Origin: Cycas panzhihuaensis
Lineage: Eukaryota; Plantae; Cycadophyta
NCBI GenBank assembly: GCA_023213395.1
Contig: CM041465.1
Location: 175,777,741-175,841,740 of the forward strand
DNA length: 64,000 nucleotides
Direction: 5' to 3'
Every line of letters starts with the position of its first letter. The stretch's first letter is position 1. Below the pieces are notes generated by a model. It searched no databases and had not been told where the DNA came from. It worked only from the letters and a program-made list of their open reading frames with translations. This document shows, in pieces, positions 1 to 14,046 of the stretch. A program made the position numbers and the translations under genes.

Positions 1-826
1 AAGTTGCTATAGGTGGGTGTATTTATCTGGGCAAAATTTTGGTCCTAAATATTTGCTATATATAGGCTTATTTCTTTGCATTGACCCTCCTAAGTTTAAT
101 GCTTTTGATTTGCCATAATGTTTAGGGTGGGTCGTTTATTTCCTTAGGTATGTAATTGGATACATAATTAGAGAGTATTTGACATCCCCTTAATACTAAA
201 ATATTTGGATACACTAAAGATACATATTTCAACCATACCGAGGTAATATCTCAGTTGTATCTTGGGCTATTATCAATTATATATAGAATATTCTAATCTA
301 TTCTAAAATATTCTAATAAGATATAACCTTATAAAAAGGTAAGAAAATTAAAATGTGATTCTTAATGATTAAAATAACAAGGAAAAAATTTATAAGTATA
401 AAAAACAATCTTAAGTCTATTTGTTGTCTTATTTTTAAATTTGATGTATATCACATACTTATTTTTATTTATGTATATTATTGTACATAAATTTAAAAAA
501 CCCTAATTTTATTATATTCCTATATCTTAAAATTTTTAGAATTGTTGTAGTTCCATTTACTCTTGTTCTCATTTTAGCTCCCACATTTTTAAGTACTTGG
601 TTTCCTCATCATATATTTATATTCAAATGTACTTTCATGTCCTTAGAGTCTTTGCAAAAGTTTTGAGTTTGATCAGAACGTAAATTTTAATTTTCATCTA
701 TTTAATTTTATTTTTGAGAGAATTTTTAGAAAATGTATCTAAGAACATTAAGATCAACAAAGCATGTATTGTAGTTGCTTTTATCATTTTTAGTATTGAT
801 CACTATTATAGTTAAAACAACACATT

Positions 827-1583
827 TACATATATGTCATTTTAGACTTCTTAAAATAGTCCCTTAAATTCTTTAAAATTAGTGTATATTCTAAAAAAAA
901 TATCATTTCCATAATAAGAAACCTTGAAAATTATTAATTTTTAAAGGTATTTCATGATTTTGTATTTTGTAATATTAATTTCGTATAAAAGCTTTTATTT
1001 GAAAATCATTTAGTTTGAGAAAACTTTTTATGAGTTTTTCTGTATTAAAAAATAGCTAATTTTCTAATGTGCTAACTATAATTAATTTAAAAAAGAGTTA
1101 AAAAAATATTAGTAACTAGCATTTTAACTATTGTTTTCTTCCCTTTAGGATATGGTTTCATTAAAAATAGATATAGTCTATAGAAAATCATTCTATATTT
1201 TATCAAATAATAAAAGTTTTGAATTAATATTTAATTTTAATTGAATGCCCTAGTGCTTGTTCTACATATGTGTCATTTTAGACACCTGAAAATATCCCCT
1301 TAAACTCTTTAAAAATAGTGTATATTCTAGAAAAAGGATCAACTTCATAACAAGAAATCTCAAAATTTATTATTTTTTAAAGTTATCTCATGATTTCGTA
1401 TTTTGTAATATTAATTTCATACAAAAACCTTTATTTAAGTCATTTAGTTGAAGACATTTTTTACTAAGGTTTTTTGTATTAAAAAATAGTTAATTTTCTA
1501 ATGCATCAACTATAGTTAATTCAAAAAAGAGTAAATAAATATTAATAACTATTGTTTTCTTCCTTTTAGAATATTGTTTCATT

Positions 1584-1668
<85 letters not shown>

Positions 1669-1742
1669 CATTCTAAATTTAATTAAATATTAAAAGTTTT
1701 GAATAGGCATTTAAATTTAATTGAATACCCTAGTGCTTGTCC
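827..1742. repeat. Diverged tandem duplication, two ~440-480 bp AT-rich copies
   Basis: Both copies start TACATAT(A/G)TGTCATTTTAGAC (~827 and ~1263) and end CCCTAGTGCTTGT (~1260 and ~1740); collinear in between. Confidence 0.85.
1588..1666. repeat. Compound microsatellite (CT)~15(AT)~25
   Basis: Directly visible; present only in the second copy of the duplication. Confidence 0.97.
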
Positions 1743-1894
1743 CACTAATTGCTCCACACTTATTACTTGCTCACCCATTAGTTAGTGCCTCTTTTTCCCA
1801 CCTATCCAAAAAAAAAGAAAAAAAATATTACAAATAATTGCACCTTAAAAAACTCTCCTGTAGTTTTACACACACACATACACATATATATAAA

Positions 1895-4800
1895 TTTGAT
1901 CGATAAAATGGATTCTTTATTATGATACAAAGAATATTATAATAATGTACATGAGTGATTCAACCCACATTTGAGAGGGGATTAATAAAATCAAGATAGG
2001 TCTATCATGAAAAGCTAGAAATATCCACTAGGCTGTAACAATATGGATAATTCTTAAGAGACTAAAGATCATGTAGCTCCTTAAAAGGCAAATAAGAACT
2101 TTGCTCAACAATAGGAGCATATATAAGAATGTGAAGCTTATCCCAAAGAAAATTATGATCTTAAACATCTCCTAGGAGAAGAAAAAGAGAAGGATAGAAG
2201 TAACAAATAATAATAGTAGGCCTAAAATCCCAAAGAACGATAGAGAGGGAGTTATATCTATGATCAACTGCAAAGGATAATAACAAAAAATCCACTCAAC
2301 CCACCTAAAAACAACCATCCAAACAAGAGAACCAAGGCATCAACTAAAAAAAGACAAGAGCCAAAAGTTTATCTAGCTAAGTAATAAGTACAAATTATCG
2401 ATCAAAATAATGTTTAGTTTTGTCTTTTTCTAGCATCTTACAGATCTTCTCTTTAGTTTCCTAGGGGGTAATTTTGTCCAAGATTGACTTTATCTTAATT
2501 TCTCCCTAGTTTTCCTTCACCTGAATATTAGCTAAGAGGTCAACCATCTTATTATCTCCCCTTCTTATATGTCTAAAGGAAATATCCTTGAAATAATTAG
2601 CATATTTCTTTAATTCAGTAAAAGTATACAATATCTTCCAATTATTGGTATTTGCATTGTCCTTAATATTCTAGATAAGTTTGATAATGAATTTTGAATC
2701 ACCTTTTAAGAAAATATTATCTATATAGGTATTTCAAGTAATTTAAAAAGTGGAGAAATCAACTAATGCTTTTACAACATTATTAGAGGTAACACCAATG
2801 TTCTAGGCAAAGAGAAAGATAACTTTGCCTTCATGGTTTCTAATGACACCACCAATTCTAAGCCTACCCAAATTACCTTTAGATGCATCATTAAAATTAA
2901 GTTTAAAATTACTTATAGAGGGAGGTATTCAAGGATCACCACCTTGATCAACTAACTTTCCATGACCTTTAATAGGCCTCAACTTATTGGTAGTGATCCC
3001 TAGATGATTAATCATGACCAAGTCCTTATCGGATTGGGAAAGATCCTCCTCTTTCCATTTCTTAGTAGATAGAGTTTTAGAGATATTATAAAGGGTTCTT
3101 TGAAGAATTGGAGAGATCAATCTCGATTTGTATTTGAATATTCTATCATTGTGATCTTTCTAGATATTACATAAGATAAAGCCAATCATTAAATCCTAGG
3201 CTTTCAATAGGATCTTAAAATCAATCTTGAATTTATACTAGTTGGATAAGAAACTTTGAATGCAAGATCTATTTAGAATAGCCACTCTAAAGATCCTCTC
3301 AAAAAAATCACAAGATTTATTAATTTCATGGCATTGGAGAAATAAGTAAGTGATATTTTCTTCCTTAGAAAAATAAAACATACACTTAGAGGGGCCCATA
3401 AAACCCCTATGTTTAAGGTTATCTAAGGTGAAGACATTATTATGACTAATTTCTTAAAGGAAAGGGGAGATCTTAGGTTAGATTTCTAGGACCTAAATGT
3501 TCTACCATAGCTTACCTTGGTTCTCCAACGTCTTTCCTCCATTAGGATCTCATAAGCCTATTTAACAAAATATGAGCTATTACCTTTAGGGCCCCATCTA
3601 AGAATGTCCTCTATAGTCTTATATCGAATGGGATTTTTCCTTAAGAAATCCCATAAGTGCTCTTTAGCTACAGTGGAAATACCCCTAGGCTAAGATTTTG
3701 ATGGTTTTTAGCTTCTCAAAATTAGAGAGTTAATAATATCCCAAGTTAAAGAACTATCTAGGTAATTAGAGGCTCTAATCCATCCTACCTTATAAAAGGC
3801 GTCTCTCATCCCTTTTAACTCTTCCATCTTATAGAGAGGTTCCTGAGCCTCCTAGGAGTCATCCTAAAATAAAGCTATCTCTAGGTTCCTTAATTCTTAA
3901 AATAATAAGATTAGATCAATTTCAAACTAAGAGTAACTCCATTCCAAATAATAGATCCTTTGATAAGCTCTAAAGCTTAGATCCAGTTATTTTTGGCACT
4001 TCCCTTGATACTATTAGATTCCAATACAATGTTGGAATTCACTGGGCTTTCATAAATTAAAAACCTATTTAGGCTTTTTATAATTTAAGCTTTACCACTT
4101 CTATGATTATTCTAGGTAAAGAATCCTTCTTTAGGGAAAAATTCCAAAAGCTTATACCTCATGATCCACTTGAGCAAAGTTGTGCTCTCTTGATCTAAAG
4201 TTCTAACACCCCCTTTCTTTTCTTCTAAATTGAGGATAGTATCAAAATCCCCTCTAATGACCCAGGGGGTATCTCTTATACAAATTCTAAATCTTTTAAG
4301 TGAATCCTAACATGCAAGGTTTTGCTCAAGGAGGATGGAAGCATATAGGTTAATGATATTCACCATAAGATTTGAATTAAGGAAATAAAACAACTCATTA
4401 CGCCATCTCCTATCTCCTTCAAAATGAATAAACCATACTAAATTAGGGCACCATAGGATAATGATCCCCATAGAAGCTCTCATGGAACTCATGGACAAGA
4501 TGGAAAATCCTTTCCAGATTTTTAAGCTATAGTGATCATCATGTCTAAATCCAATTTTATTTCTTGGACAAGACAAATGTCTAGTTTTTCTAAAGAAATT
4601 CTTCTTTTGAGACTTCTTAGTTTAGTAATTGCTTTTAATCCCTTAATGTTCTAAGATACTATCTTCATGGTTGGGAATTATCTTTTTGCTAAAGATAATC
4701 ATACTAAAGAGGTTGGGACAAACTTGAGTCAACCAAAAACTATCCCTCCTCTAATAGTTTCTCCATATTTAATTTTCTTTCTTTTTTCCCTTTCAGGGTT

Positions 4801-6400
4801 TCCTCTCTTTGGATTATGCGAGTAATAGGTTTAATACCTAACCTGACAATCCTGATACTTTAAGATTCCTTAGCTTAGCTAGGCTCTATCTTAACTTCAT
4901 CTAACTTTGCCTTGAATTTGTGAGCTTTAGTGTCTTTTAAAATTGATTTAGTATTTTTTAATATCTTAGTTGAATTAGTTTCCCTTTCTTCAAAAATAAG
5001 AGTGGGTTTGTATCACGAGCTTCCTTCTAAAGTAGGTTTATGAATGGTTCTAGGAATCTTGTCAATATGATCATATTAAACTTTTTTATTTTATTTAGGA
5101 TTAGTTTTCTTTATAACAAAAAATCCTTTAGTAGGAGATGAAGGGTTTGTTTCATTCCTAACAAGTTTGTTGTGCATAAAGTCATAAGTGTGCCTATCTA
5201 GTGGAGAAATAATTTTTGCTTGAACCGAGTCTATTTTTCCTTCTAACAAAGCATTACCAACCCACCTAAGATGCTTTAGGGATAAATCCATTATGCTTGG
5301 GTCAAGATAGGAGCCCTTGACATTATTATTTCCTTGGATCTTAATGTGATCAATATTCTTCTGTGGGTCTTCTTGTATTCTTTCTCACTCTTCTATGGGA
5401 ATAGTACCTAAAGATTCCATAGCCATATGTTAAATCTATGAGGTAGATTGAAGTATATTTACTTCATTAATTATCATATCTTCCTTATCCTTTACTTTAA
5501 GAGCTTCAAAATTATTAGTATTAGTGTAAGGGAAGCTATATTTTTCCACCCAAATTTTGTTGCCTTAAGGGTTCTTACTTTTAGTTTTTGGAAATCCTTT
5601 AAGATTTACAATATTCTCATTATTTATAGGTTTCTTATCTAGGCAATATTTTTGCACATGGCCATGCATGTGATAAATGCAATATTTAGATGAGATTTGT
5701 TCATAATTAACTTATTGTACCCATTCCCCTCCTTTAAACTTAAGAATAATTGCCTTAGGAGATGGGATTGATAAGTTAATATAAACACAAACCCTAGTAT
5801 AAATTATGTAATATTCCTTTAGAGTGATCTTAAAGGCTTTAGCATATAAAGCTAGGGAGTTACTAATTTTCTTCAAGGTATCCTCATTCCAAAATTCAAG
5901 GGGAAGAGAGTGGTTTTGACCTAAATAGGGTCTGTTAAGAGATCTTCTTTTGTTGGATGAAAACTAGGTGTATAAAACCTCATGAAGAGGCCATAAAAGT
6001 TTATAAATAATGATCCTCCTTCAAAAGCCTTATTTTTATCCTCCAGAGAGGTAAAAATAGCCATAAAAAGCATTTTAGTCCTAGCTTTATGTTAATATTT
6101 CCTTTGAGCTTCAACATATTTTTCAATATGTCTTTAATCCATTTTTTAAGTCATACTTTTAAAAATAAGTTTCGCAAGAATTTACAGATTAGAGAATGGC
6201 CACTCAAATAAATAGTTTTGTGTTTGAAGGTCCATGACAAGAGTTTGATTCTAGGTTTAAACTTTCTTTCCTCTAACATCCCTTAAACTTTGACTCTAAA
6301 TGAGATTGATCTTTCAGAGCCTAGTTTGATAAATCCTAATGAGTTGGAGAATTTAATGAGGTCATGGGATTATTGTGCTTAGTTGTTATTAAATATCATA
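1895..6400 (-). mobile_element. Degenerate L1-type LINE, internally deleted (RT core missing)
   Basis: Minus-strand translation with stops: ORF1-like region ~6250-5640; APE endonuclease start MKIVS*NIKGL (~4668) and PWVIRGDF (~4270); zf-RVT-like HRGFMGPSKCMF...LFLQC (~3420-3330); RNase H FKLNFNDASKGNLG...GDSK...FRHIRREDNKMVDLLA (~2910-2530). No RT motifs lie between the endonuclease and the C-terminal part. Ends approximate. Confidence 0.8.
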
Positions 6401-6849
6401 GAAAAACATAATGATCATCAGTACTAAGAATTAGATTAGTGAGATTATAGTGACTAAAACGTCATTAAAATTAAACACCATGTACATAGAAAAGTTTTTT
6501 TTTGAAGAAAACTTTTCAAGACCTCACTCTTAAAACTTCTTCCAAAAAAGAACATACTTGTGTAGTAGAACCCAAGTTTTAAAGAATTTAATAAGTAGGC
6601 TCCTAAATGCTTATGTTATAGAATTACAACTAGAAGGTGAATTCATTAGATTTTAAAAGGAAGTAGCTATGGGAATGATTCAGAGTAAACTCTAGCATAC
6701 AAATCTCATCATAAAATAGTAGCATATGCTAGAGTTTGGTGTGGATAATTATAATAAAATTCAATAAACTTAGATCATTTCAATGAAAAACCTAATAAAT
6801 ACCATAGAAAAACATAAAATAGAAAAACTATAGAAAAATACAATGATTA

Positions 6850-8793
6850 TCTTCCTAGTTGCGGTGCTCAATGGGACAACTTCACTCCACCTGGTGAAGT
6901 ATTTTATGGTGGTTAAAATGAATGTATGGTTGTTAGATGATGGAGGGTATATTTATCCAATGAGGTCAAGGCCCTATTAGGAGAATGGCCATAGTGAGGG
7001 GACAACTCTCAAGGGAGTGGCTAATTGATGGATGAGAGAGAAATACACTTGGCACTCTTTATATTTTTATACATAAGTGTGTGCATCTTTGAACAAAGCA
7101 AGCTAATAATACCCCATGCAAAGGATACATTAAGTAGTAGGCTGCCCAACAAAGTGACCACCATAGATGTTATCGTGATATTTAGTTAGGGTAGCTTGTG
7201 CTTCTAAAGGAGTGAGATATCTCAAAAAACCTCCATCAAAGGAGCATTTATAAAGAACTTCATCAAGCAATAGGTATTGATGTGTGGCTGCTTTAACTCT
7301 CTTCTTCTTTTTAGAAGAAACATCTAATAAATAAGTTTAGTTTTATAGATAGGTCTAGATATCCCTCTACCACTTATTTTTATTCTCACATGACAAAGTA
7401 TCAACTTGAAAGATGTACTCATCTAGGAGTGCATTGTCAACAACATGATGATTTATATTGGGAAATGTCATGGTTAGCTACTCAATAGCAATTATTAATT
7501 TCTTAGACTTGTGGTTAACTATTCATAGGTTAAATTCTTGAAGAAGCAAGGGCTACTTACCTACTCACCTAGTGAGGTTTGATGAGCACAAGTCTAATTG
7601 CATCTAACACTACAATGATGTAGGTGGTGTTATTAAGTAAGTAATGGCATAGTTTCTTGGTTGTGAAAACTAATGCTAAGTACTCTTCCTTGAACGACGA
7701 GTAATTCACTTCTACAGTAACCAATGCATGAATAATGAAGAAAATAACTCATTCTATCTAAACTCATCTTCATGGGCAAGTGTGCCCTTAAGAGATTCCT
7801 TAATGAAGGAGACATATAAGATGAAAACATTGTAAAAAATAGGTAGAGTAAGAGTAGGAGTATAGATTATTATTATTACTTACTTAAGAATGTAACATAC
7901 TTCTTAGAAAACTAGGGTCTACTCTTGAGATGTACTCTTTTTGAGGAGTTTCATGAATGGCTTTTCATTAAGGATAAAGTCTACAATAAATCTATGGAGA
8001 TATCCTAACCTTTCAAGAAATGACTTGATTGGCTTATGATTATGAGGTGGGAGCATTTCAAGTATGGATTTAAATTTCTTAGGATTTATCTTGATTCCAT
8101 CTCTAGAGATATCGTTACTAAGCATCTTACTTGAGGTTATTATAAATACACATATTTTTAAAATCAAAAGGCATGACCTTATAAGAAAATGTCCCCCATG
8201 ATATAGTAAATGCTATTTTGTGATAATCTTCAAGTGATATGAGGATTTAATTATAGCCCAAGACATTGTGCATGAGAGATATTACTTCATAACTAGTGAT
8301 TTGGTCCCAAATCTAATGGAGAATGGATAGTAATAAATTATCCCTAGGGTAAGAATTATTAAGGTCATAAAATTTGATATAAATATAGATAGAACCATTC
8401 TTCTTCATGATAGGAATGATACCATAGACCCATTGGGAATAATCCACTTATTTGATAAAGTCAACTTGTAATAGATTTTTGACCTTTTGCTTGATTATTG
8501 TAAAAAGATGTTGGTGAACGGGCCTTTATTTTTTTCACTTGGGTTTAGCCTAAGGAGTAATAGTAATACTATGGAATAAACTACAAACATTTGGTTTATC
8601 TATGGTTAGCCTAGTAACAGATTAAATTTGAGGTCAAAGTTGAAGAAAGTAACCTTTACCATGATTGTCTTGCCTTCAAGGCTAAGTGGAAGAATGACCT
8701 ATCCAATTAAAGTATTTTTATATTTATCATATCCTTAATAGATCTAATCTATAGGCTCATAAGCTAATACCTTTAGGTCGTCAAAGATTTAAA
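6850..8793 (-). mobile_element. Old Tat-clade Ty3/gypsy, pol portion (protease C-term, RT, RNase H, N-terminal integrase), heavily decayed
   Basis: Minus-strand remnants of the RT start (~8440-8390), ILEMLPPHNHKPIKSFLERLGYLHRF (ORF 7919-8167), RNase H remnants, and integrase HDNIYGGHFVGQP (~7180-7140). Collinear with the pol of the element at 39355-55906. Confidence 0.8.
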
Positions 8794-9172
8794 TGTTGGG
8801 GTTAATACTTATCACCCCACTCCCACCTTCCAACCAGGAGTGCACGCCTTACTCTCATCAATTTACACATGTGGGTGCTCACATGTGTAGGTAAGTATAA
8901 GGTAAGGTTGATTTGATTTAAGTTAATTTGAGTTAAGTTAAGTTATATTTTATTGTTATTTGAATTTTAAGAGTTGAGGAGTTTTCCTCCTCCTCCAAAC
9001 TATATATTTTGAGGGGTGTGCAACCCTACTATCTTTAGACACCATCTACTTTTGGACATTTGTAAAGCTCTCTCTCAAAGATGGATTGAATACTAAGGCT
9101 TTTGTATTTATGCTACATGGTTTTGTATATGTTCTTATGTTCTACCCTATTCTCCATGATTATTTTCCTTCT
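8794..9172 (+). repeat. 5' LTR of copia-derived element
   Basis: Matches 14047-14420; followed by a tRNA-iMet PBS. Confidence 0.92.
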
Positions 9173-11368
9173 TCTGGTATCAGAGTAGAGATTGCTCAGC
9201 TGTTGAATCTCTATTTGAAGTTTTTTGAAGAAGAAGGAAGATTTATTAGCATTTGAAGTAGATTTACTCTCAAGCTAGTGAATATTGGTTATATTCATTT
9301 TCTGCAAAGTTTATTAGCAGTTTCTTACATTATTTTTTATTAGATTTGATTATTCCTAAGTTTTACTTGTAATATAATAAATATATTTCAAATTTATTTT
9401 CAGATCTATGTAAGTGCATAGCTACAAACAATAAATATCAAGTTTTATCACTCTACAAGAGGTTTTATCAATGAGTTTTATATATTTCTGCCAAATATTT
9501 GATATTTTTTAGGCATATTTTATTTATTTATTTAATACTTTTTTAGATCTACACAAAAGTTCAGCTGTAAGCAGTATTTATTCAAGTTTTCTCTAGATCT
9601 ATGCTACATATTCTTCAGATCTGTATTTTTTATCAAATATTTAACCATCTTTTGGTTTATTTTATTTATATATTCAATATTTACCTCAGATATGCTATAT
9701 TTTACCTCAGATCTGCTATATTTTTTTTCAGATATGCTATATTTTTCTTCAAATCTATATTTTTTATTAAATATTTAACCATTTTTTATACATTTGGTCC
9801 ACTTATTTAATATAGTTTTTTCATATCTATGCAAGTTTTGGTGCATATTCAGCCTAACAAGCTCTCTAGAGAAGTTATATTACAATAGATCTGTCTATTG
9901 GAAGAATCTAAAGTCCATTTTCTACAAATTTGGCATAGTTGTATACTAGGTTCTTACTATTTTTTTTTAGATTTAAACATATATTTTTTAGTTCTCTGAT
10001 ATATCTTCTCCAACATATTTAAAATATTTCAGATATAAATATATATGCATTTTATTTATTTGATATATTTCTGTTAATATATTTGAAATTTTTTGTTTTA
10101 TTTGTGGCTCCATTAAATCACTAGATCTTTCATGCTTTTCCATATAAATATAAATTTTTTTGAAATATCTCTTCTGTGATATACATATTGTACAAAGATA
10201 TTTTTTTTTTCAACTTAAAAAAAATATATATATATATATATTTTTCCTTATTTTTTAGAATGCATCCTTCTTTCCAATTGGAAATAACAATAACACTAAA
10301 TACATCTCCCTCTGGTTGAAAGAATTTAAGAATAAACTGCATCATACTCATATATATATATATATATAATTTATTTATTTTATTTCCTTTATTTGAAATA
10401 AAATTAGTCAACTCTATAATAGTGGGACTGTAATACATTTCAGTATTGATACTAGTAAACTGGTACTCTAACAAGTAAGCAAGTCTTATTTACTTTTAAG
10501 CATGTTAAAGTATTATATTTTTTTTCTTTGGATAATCTCTAAAATTTGTCTATGCAGCACAGGCAACTAATAATTAGACAAGATACAAGATCTGTGTCCA
10601 ATGCTATTCCAAGATCTGTCACTTGGCTTACTTGGATCTCTGTTTCATTTTTTCATGCGCTTTCTTTTGAGCCTCCTCATGCACTTCTTCATTGTTGGAT
10701 AGAAAGAAAAGCTTAACAAGTCTGCTTTGGAGAAATTGTACACAAAATTATATTTCTATAAGTCTAATCTAGCCTAGATCTTTGGTACTAGGACATGGTT
10801 ATAAAGTAAAATTGATTAATGATTTAATTATTTCTTTTCAGAGAATTGTTGCTAAAGATATTTCTCTATTAAAAATATGCCATTCTTGTCTCTAAATCTT
10901 AGTGATATCTGGGTTAATCTTTTGAGACCAAAATAAGAAAGAACATGTGAATAACATCTGCTATATGCGTCTAAAACTGAACATCTGGAAAACCCTTCCC
11001 TTTGTCAAGGTACTCAAGAAGTGATGAAATATTACCTATCAAAGAATTTTTTGAGAGTATATCCGTGTAAATACCATAACTAATTGATCCAATAAAAAGT
11101 TGCATTCCTTGGGACCTTAGCAGCATAGTAAGGCAATTTTGACTCTGTGTGGATTCAGCCACCTCCAGCAGTAGTGACAACACAAATCCTTTCGAACTTT
11201 AACAACTCTATAGAGGGCTTCTAAATTGGTACAAATAATAGATTTAAATGTACAATATCCATACTTGTAGTAGTCATTTCATTATCTAAAACTATTGGCT
11301 TAGAGCTATCCATGCTCTGTCTGAAGCTGCGCATTTCCATTGACATCTAACCCCTTGCTATTCAAACA

Positions 11369-11500
11369 TGGAGGCCTGGGAGGAATCTTCAAATCAATAT
11401 CAACAATAGGTCCATACTTGTAAAATAGGCCTTTAACTTCACGTTCCTGAATATCATTAGGTAAATTACCATTATACAAAGTTTGACTGAACAGCCTGCT
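11369..11500 (-). pseudogene. Captured fragment of a plant SR splicing factor (SR30/SR34, ASF/SF2 family), N-terminal half of RRM1
   Basis: [44 protein letters not shown] matches the family N-terminus [40 protein letters not shown]; similarity stops abruptly after PPRPP. Confidence 0.88.
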
Positions 11501-11739
11501 GTTGTCATTCGAATTGTCGTCCATCTGGATGCCCTCCATCATGAAGCTTAGAATTTGCATAAGATGGGAGATCTGCCGATGACTGATGACTAGAACCTTG
11601 GACCTCTCCCCTCATTCCTATGAATCTTCATCGTCTTCGCCCATGGGGGATTCTGATCTCCTCCTCCTCGAATCGCCGAACAATCGCCTAGTCAGTCTAC
11701 TCGAACGTAAGAAACCCAAACCCGGTACCTCCCAAAGAG

Positions 11740-12065
11740 CAGGCATTATCTGCAAGATACTGGAGATAATACTCAACTCTTATGGCCTGGTGTGCAATGG
11801 CATGGTTGCATCTCCTTCACCTACTCCTTCACCCACACATTCTGCTATTACAAGCCCTACCCCTTCTCCAACAGGTGGTACGACCTCACCAGCCAGCTCT
11901 GCATCTCTAGGGAGCAACCCGTCATCGATATCCCCATTATCCATCCTCCGCGTGTATCATTCATGGCAGAAGCATAGGTGTGGAAGTAAATTACAGATGG
12001 TGGTAGAGTATTACAGAATACAGCGGTGGCATATCGCAGTGGTAGCACCATTTCTTTATTGTTGA
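11740..12065 (+). pseudogene. Probable captured 3' fragment of a Ser/Pro/Thr-rich (AGP-like, possibly GPI-anchored) cell-surface protein gene
   Basis: VCNGMVASPSPTPSPTHSAITSPTPSPTGGTTSPASSAS followed by a short hydrophobic tail and UTR-like sequence; more GC-rich than the flanks. Family not recognised. Confidence 0.45.
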
Positions 12066-13319
12066 TTCAAAATTTTCCTTTTTTAATTTTTTATAAAGCT
12101 TAAAAAATTTTAATTATATTGTATACATTTTTAAATATAGGGTTTAAAATCATACAAGCCCCCTTGTAGTTTTAGCCCCCAGTAACATCCCTTCATGTGA
12201 GCATAAGTTCATTTTTAAAAAGGGCTAACTTAATTTTTATTACATTTTTTTTCTTTTTCTTTTTTTTATTTTTTATTTTACATAAGGTACCTGGTAAACT
12301 TTTACCATAACTTTTCATTAGCTCATTAATTTTTTACAAAACCTATCCCATTATGTCTAGAATTTTTTGAGGTATGATTTTGACTGATCATATGCCCTAT
12401 TTAGAGCTGATTTGACTAGGTTTCAATCAGTTTAAAGTCAAGTATTGATTTTCAAAGTCATTTTAAACTATTTTCATAAAAACTCTTTTGTATTAGATTA
12501 TATTTTATCACTGGGAGATTATTTTCTACCTATATTTATTCTACAGTCATTTATTTCCATCAAACTTCATCACCATCTATTTATTTTATTTTTTAAGATT
12601 TATTTTAATCGATGAAAGTGACACTTTAGTAATTTTTAAACATTTTACTATAAAAGTACTTGTTACTAATTTTATTATAACTTTTATGTTTTACATCCGA
12701 ATTTAGATTTGTCAGTTTTGTTAGGAAGCTGCCTCACTCCTCTTTGAATTGACACTATTATTTATAAGTTTTAAAGTATTCTCTATAATTTTTAAATCCA
12801 TCAAAGTTGACGTACATAATAGTCTCTAATTTATCATTATTGCATATTTACCTATATTATTTCTCAATTTTTTTTAGCTGATTATCATTTTTATAATATT
12901 TTGAGCCCTAGGGTCCTGTTAAGCCTTAAAAAGAGGACTGTACCTTTGGTTCATTAAAATATTCACTTGTAGGAACCTGTTTTTAAAATAGTCAATTCCA
13001 TTGAATAGTTTTTTCGTTGATCTTCATATTGGTATAATTTCACCTTATTCTGACATTGTTTAGTACATATTTAAAGCTACTAAATTTGAGCATTCAATTA
13101 TATACTAACAGGCTTATCTTAAGAACCTTTTATTTTTTTTCATCTTCAAAGTTTCAATTTAGACCTAGTTAAGAGGATCTTTGTTATATTCAAAATTTAC
13201 TTATATTTCAAAATTTATCTGAAATTATATCTTATAAGTTTGTCATATTTGTTGATTTATTGAGTCTTTTTGATTTGATAAAAGTATATTCCTTTTTATG
13301 TACTAAAGGTTTATGTAAA

Positions 13320-13600
13320 ATTGTAATCAATCTTGATCAAGTACAATTTTCTGTATTTGATGGCCATAATTTTTTACTATGGCATCAAACAATGCAAAAT
13401 TATTTTATTACACATGATCTTTGGAAATACTTATAGGATGACTATGATGTTAGTATTAAGGAAAACATTAAAAAAGATAATGAAGCCTTAGCTTTATTAT
13501 TTTTCACTATAGATGATGAAGTATTTTTTAGAGTTTATGAATTAACAACTTCCAAATTCATGTGGGATATATTGATTTCTACTTATGAGGGAGATACCCT
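13320..13600 (+). pseudogene. Copia gag remnant (UBN2/Retrotran_gag_2-like)
   Basis: VFDGHNFLLWHQTMQNYFITHDLWKYL*...KKDNEALALLFFTIDDEVFFRVYELTTSKFMWDILISTYEG. Confidence 0.8.
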
Positions 13601-14046
13601 CAATGAATTTAATATTGATTTTATTGAGCATGTGAGACAAGTGACAATACAAGTGCATTCTAATGAAAATACCAAGGAAGATTTAAGTTAATGCATGATC
13701 ATCTTATTGTACAAGAACCTGATCCTCCATTTGAGGGGGAGAGATATGATGATATGATAATTGCACATATCATAAAGACTTCAGAAGACAAAGTTCAAGT
13801 TTAAAATTTTCTTAATGTTCTAGTTGACAAAGTTAAAGTTGTAGCTACACATATATGTTTGAATCAAGCTTCATTTACTTACAGATTTTTTGCACCATTC
13901 AATGGTGAAGATACATGCATTGCTATAAGGTTGAGACGAGTTAATAAAGATCAAGCTACAAAATAAATTTTTAAAGTTTTTTTCAAGTACAAATTCCATA
14001 AGTTTAAAGAGAAGACATTATCCGTGATGACCATTAAAGGGAAGAC

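Noticed and set aside
11586-12065. 159-aa ORF as an intact chimeric gene
   Set aside because: It spans two apparently unrelated fragments of opposite orientation, with no evidence of expression; treated as cargo.
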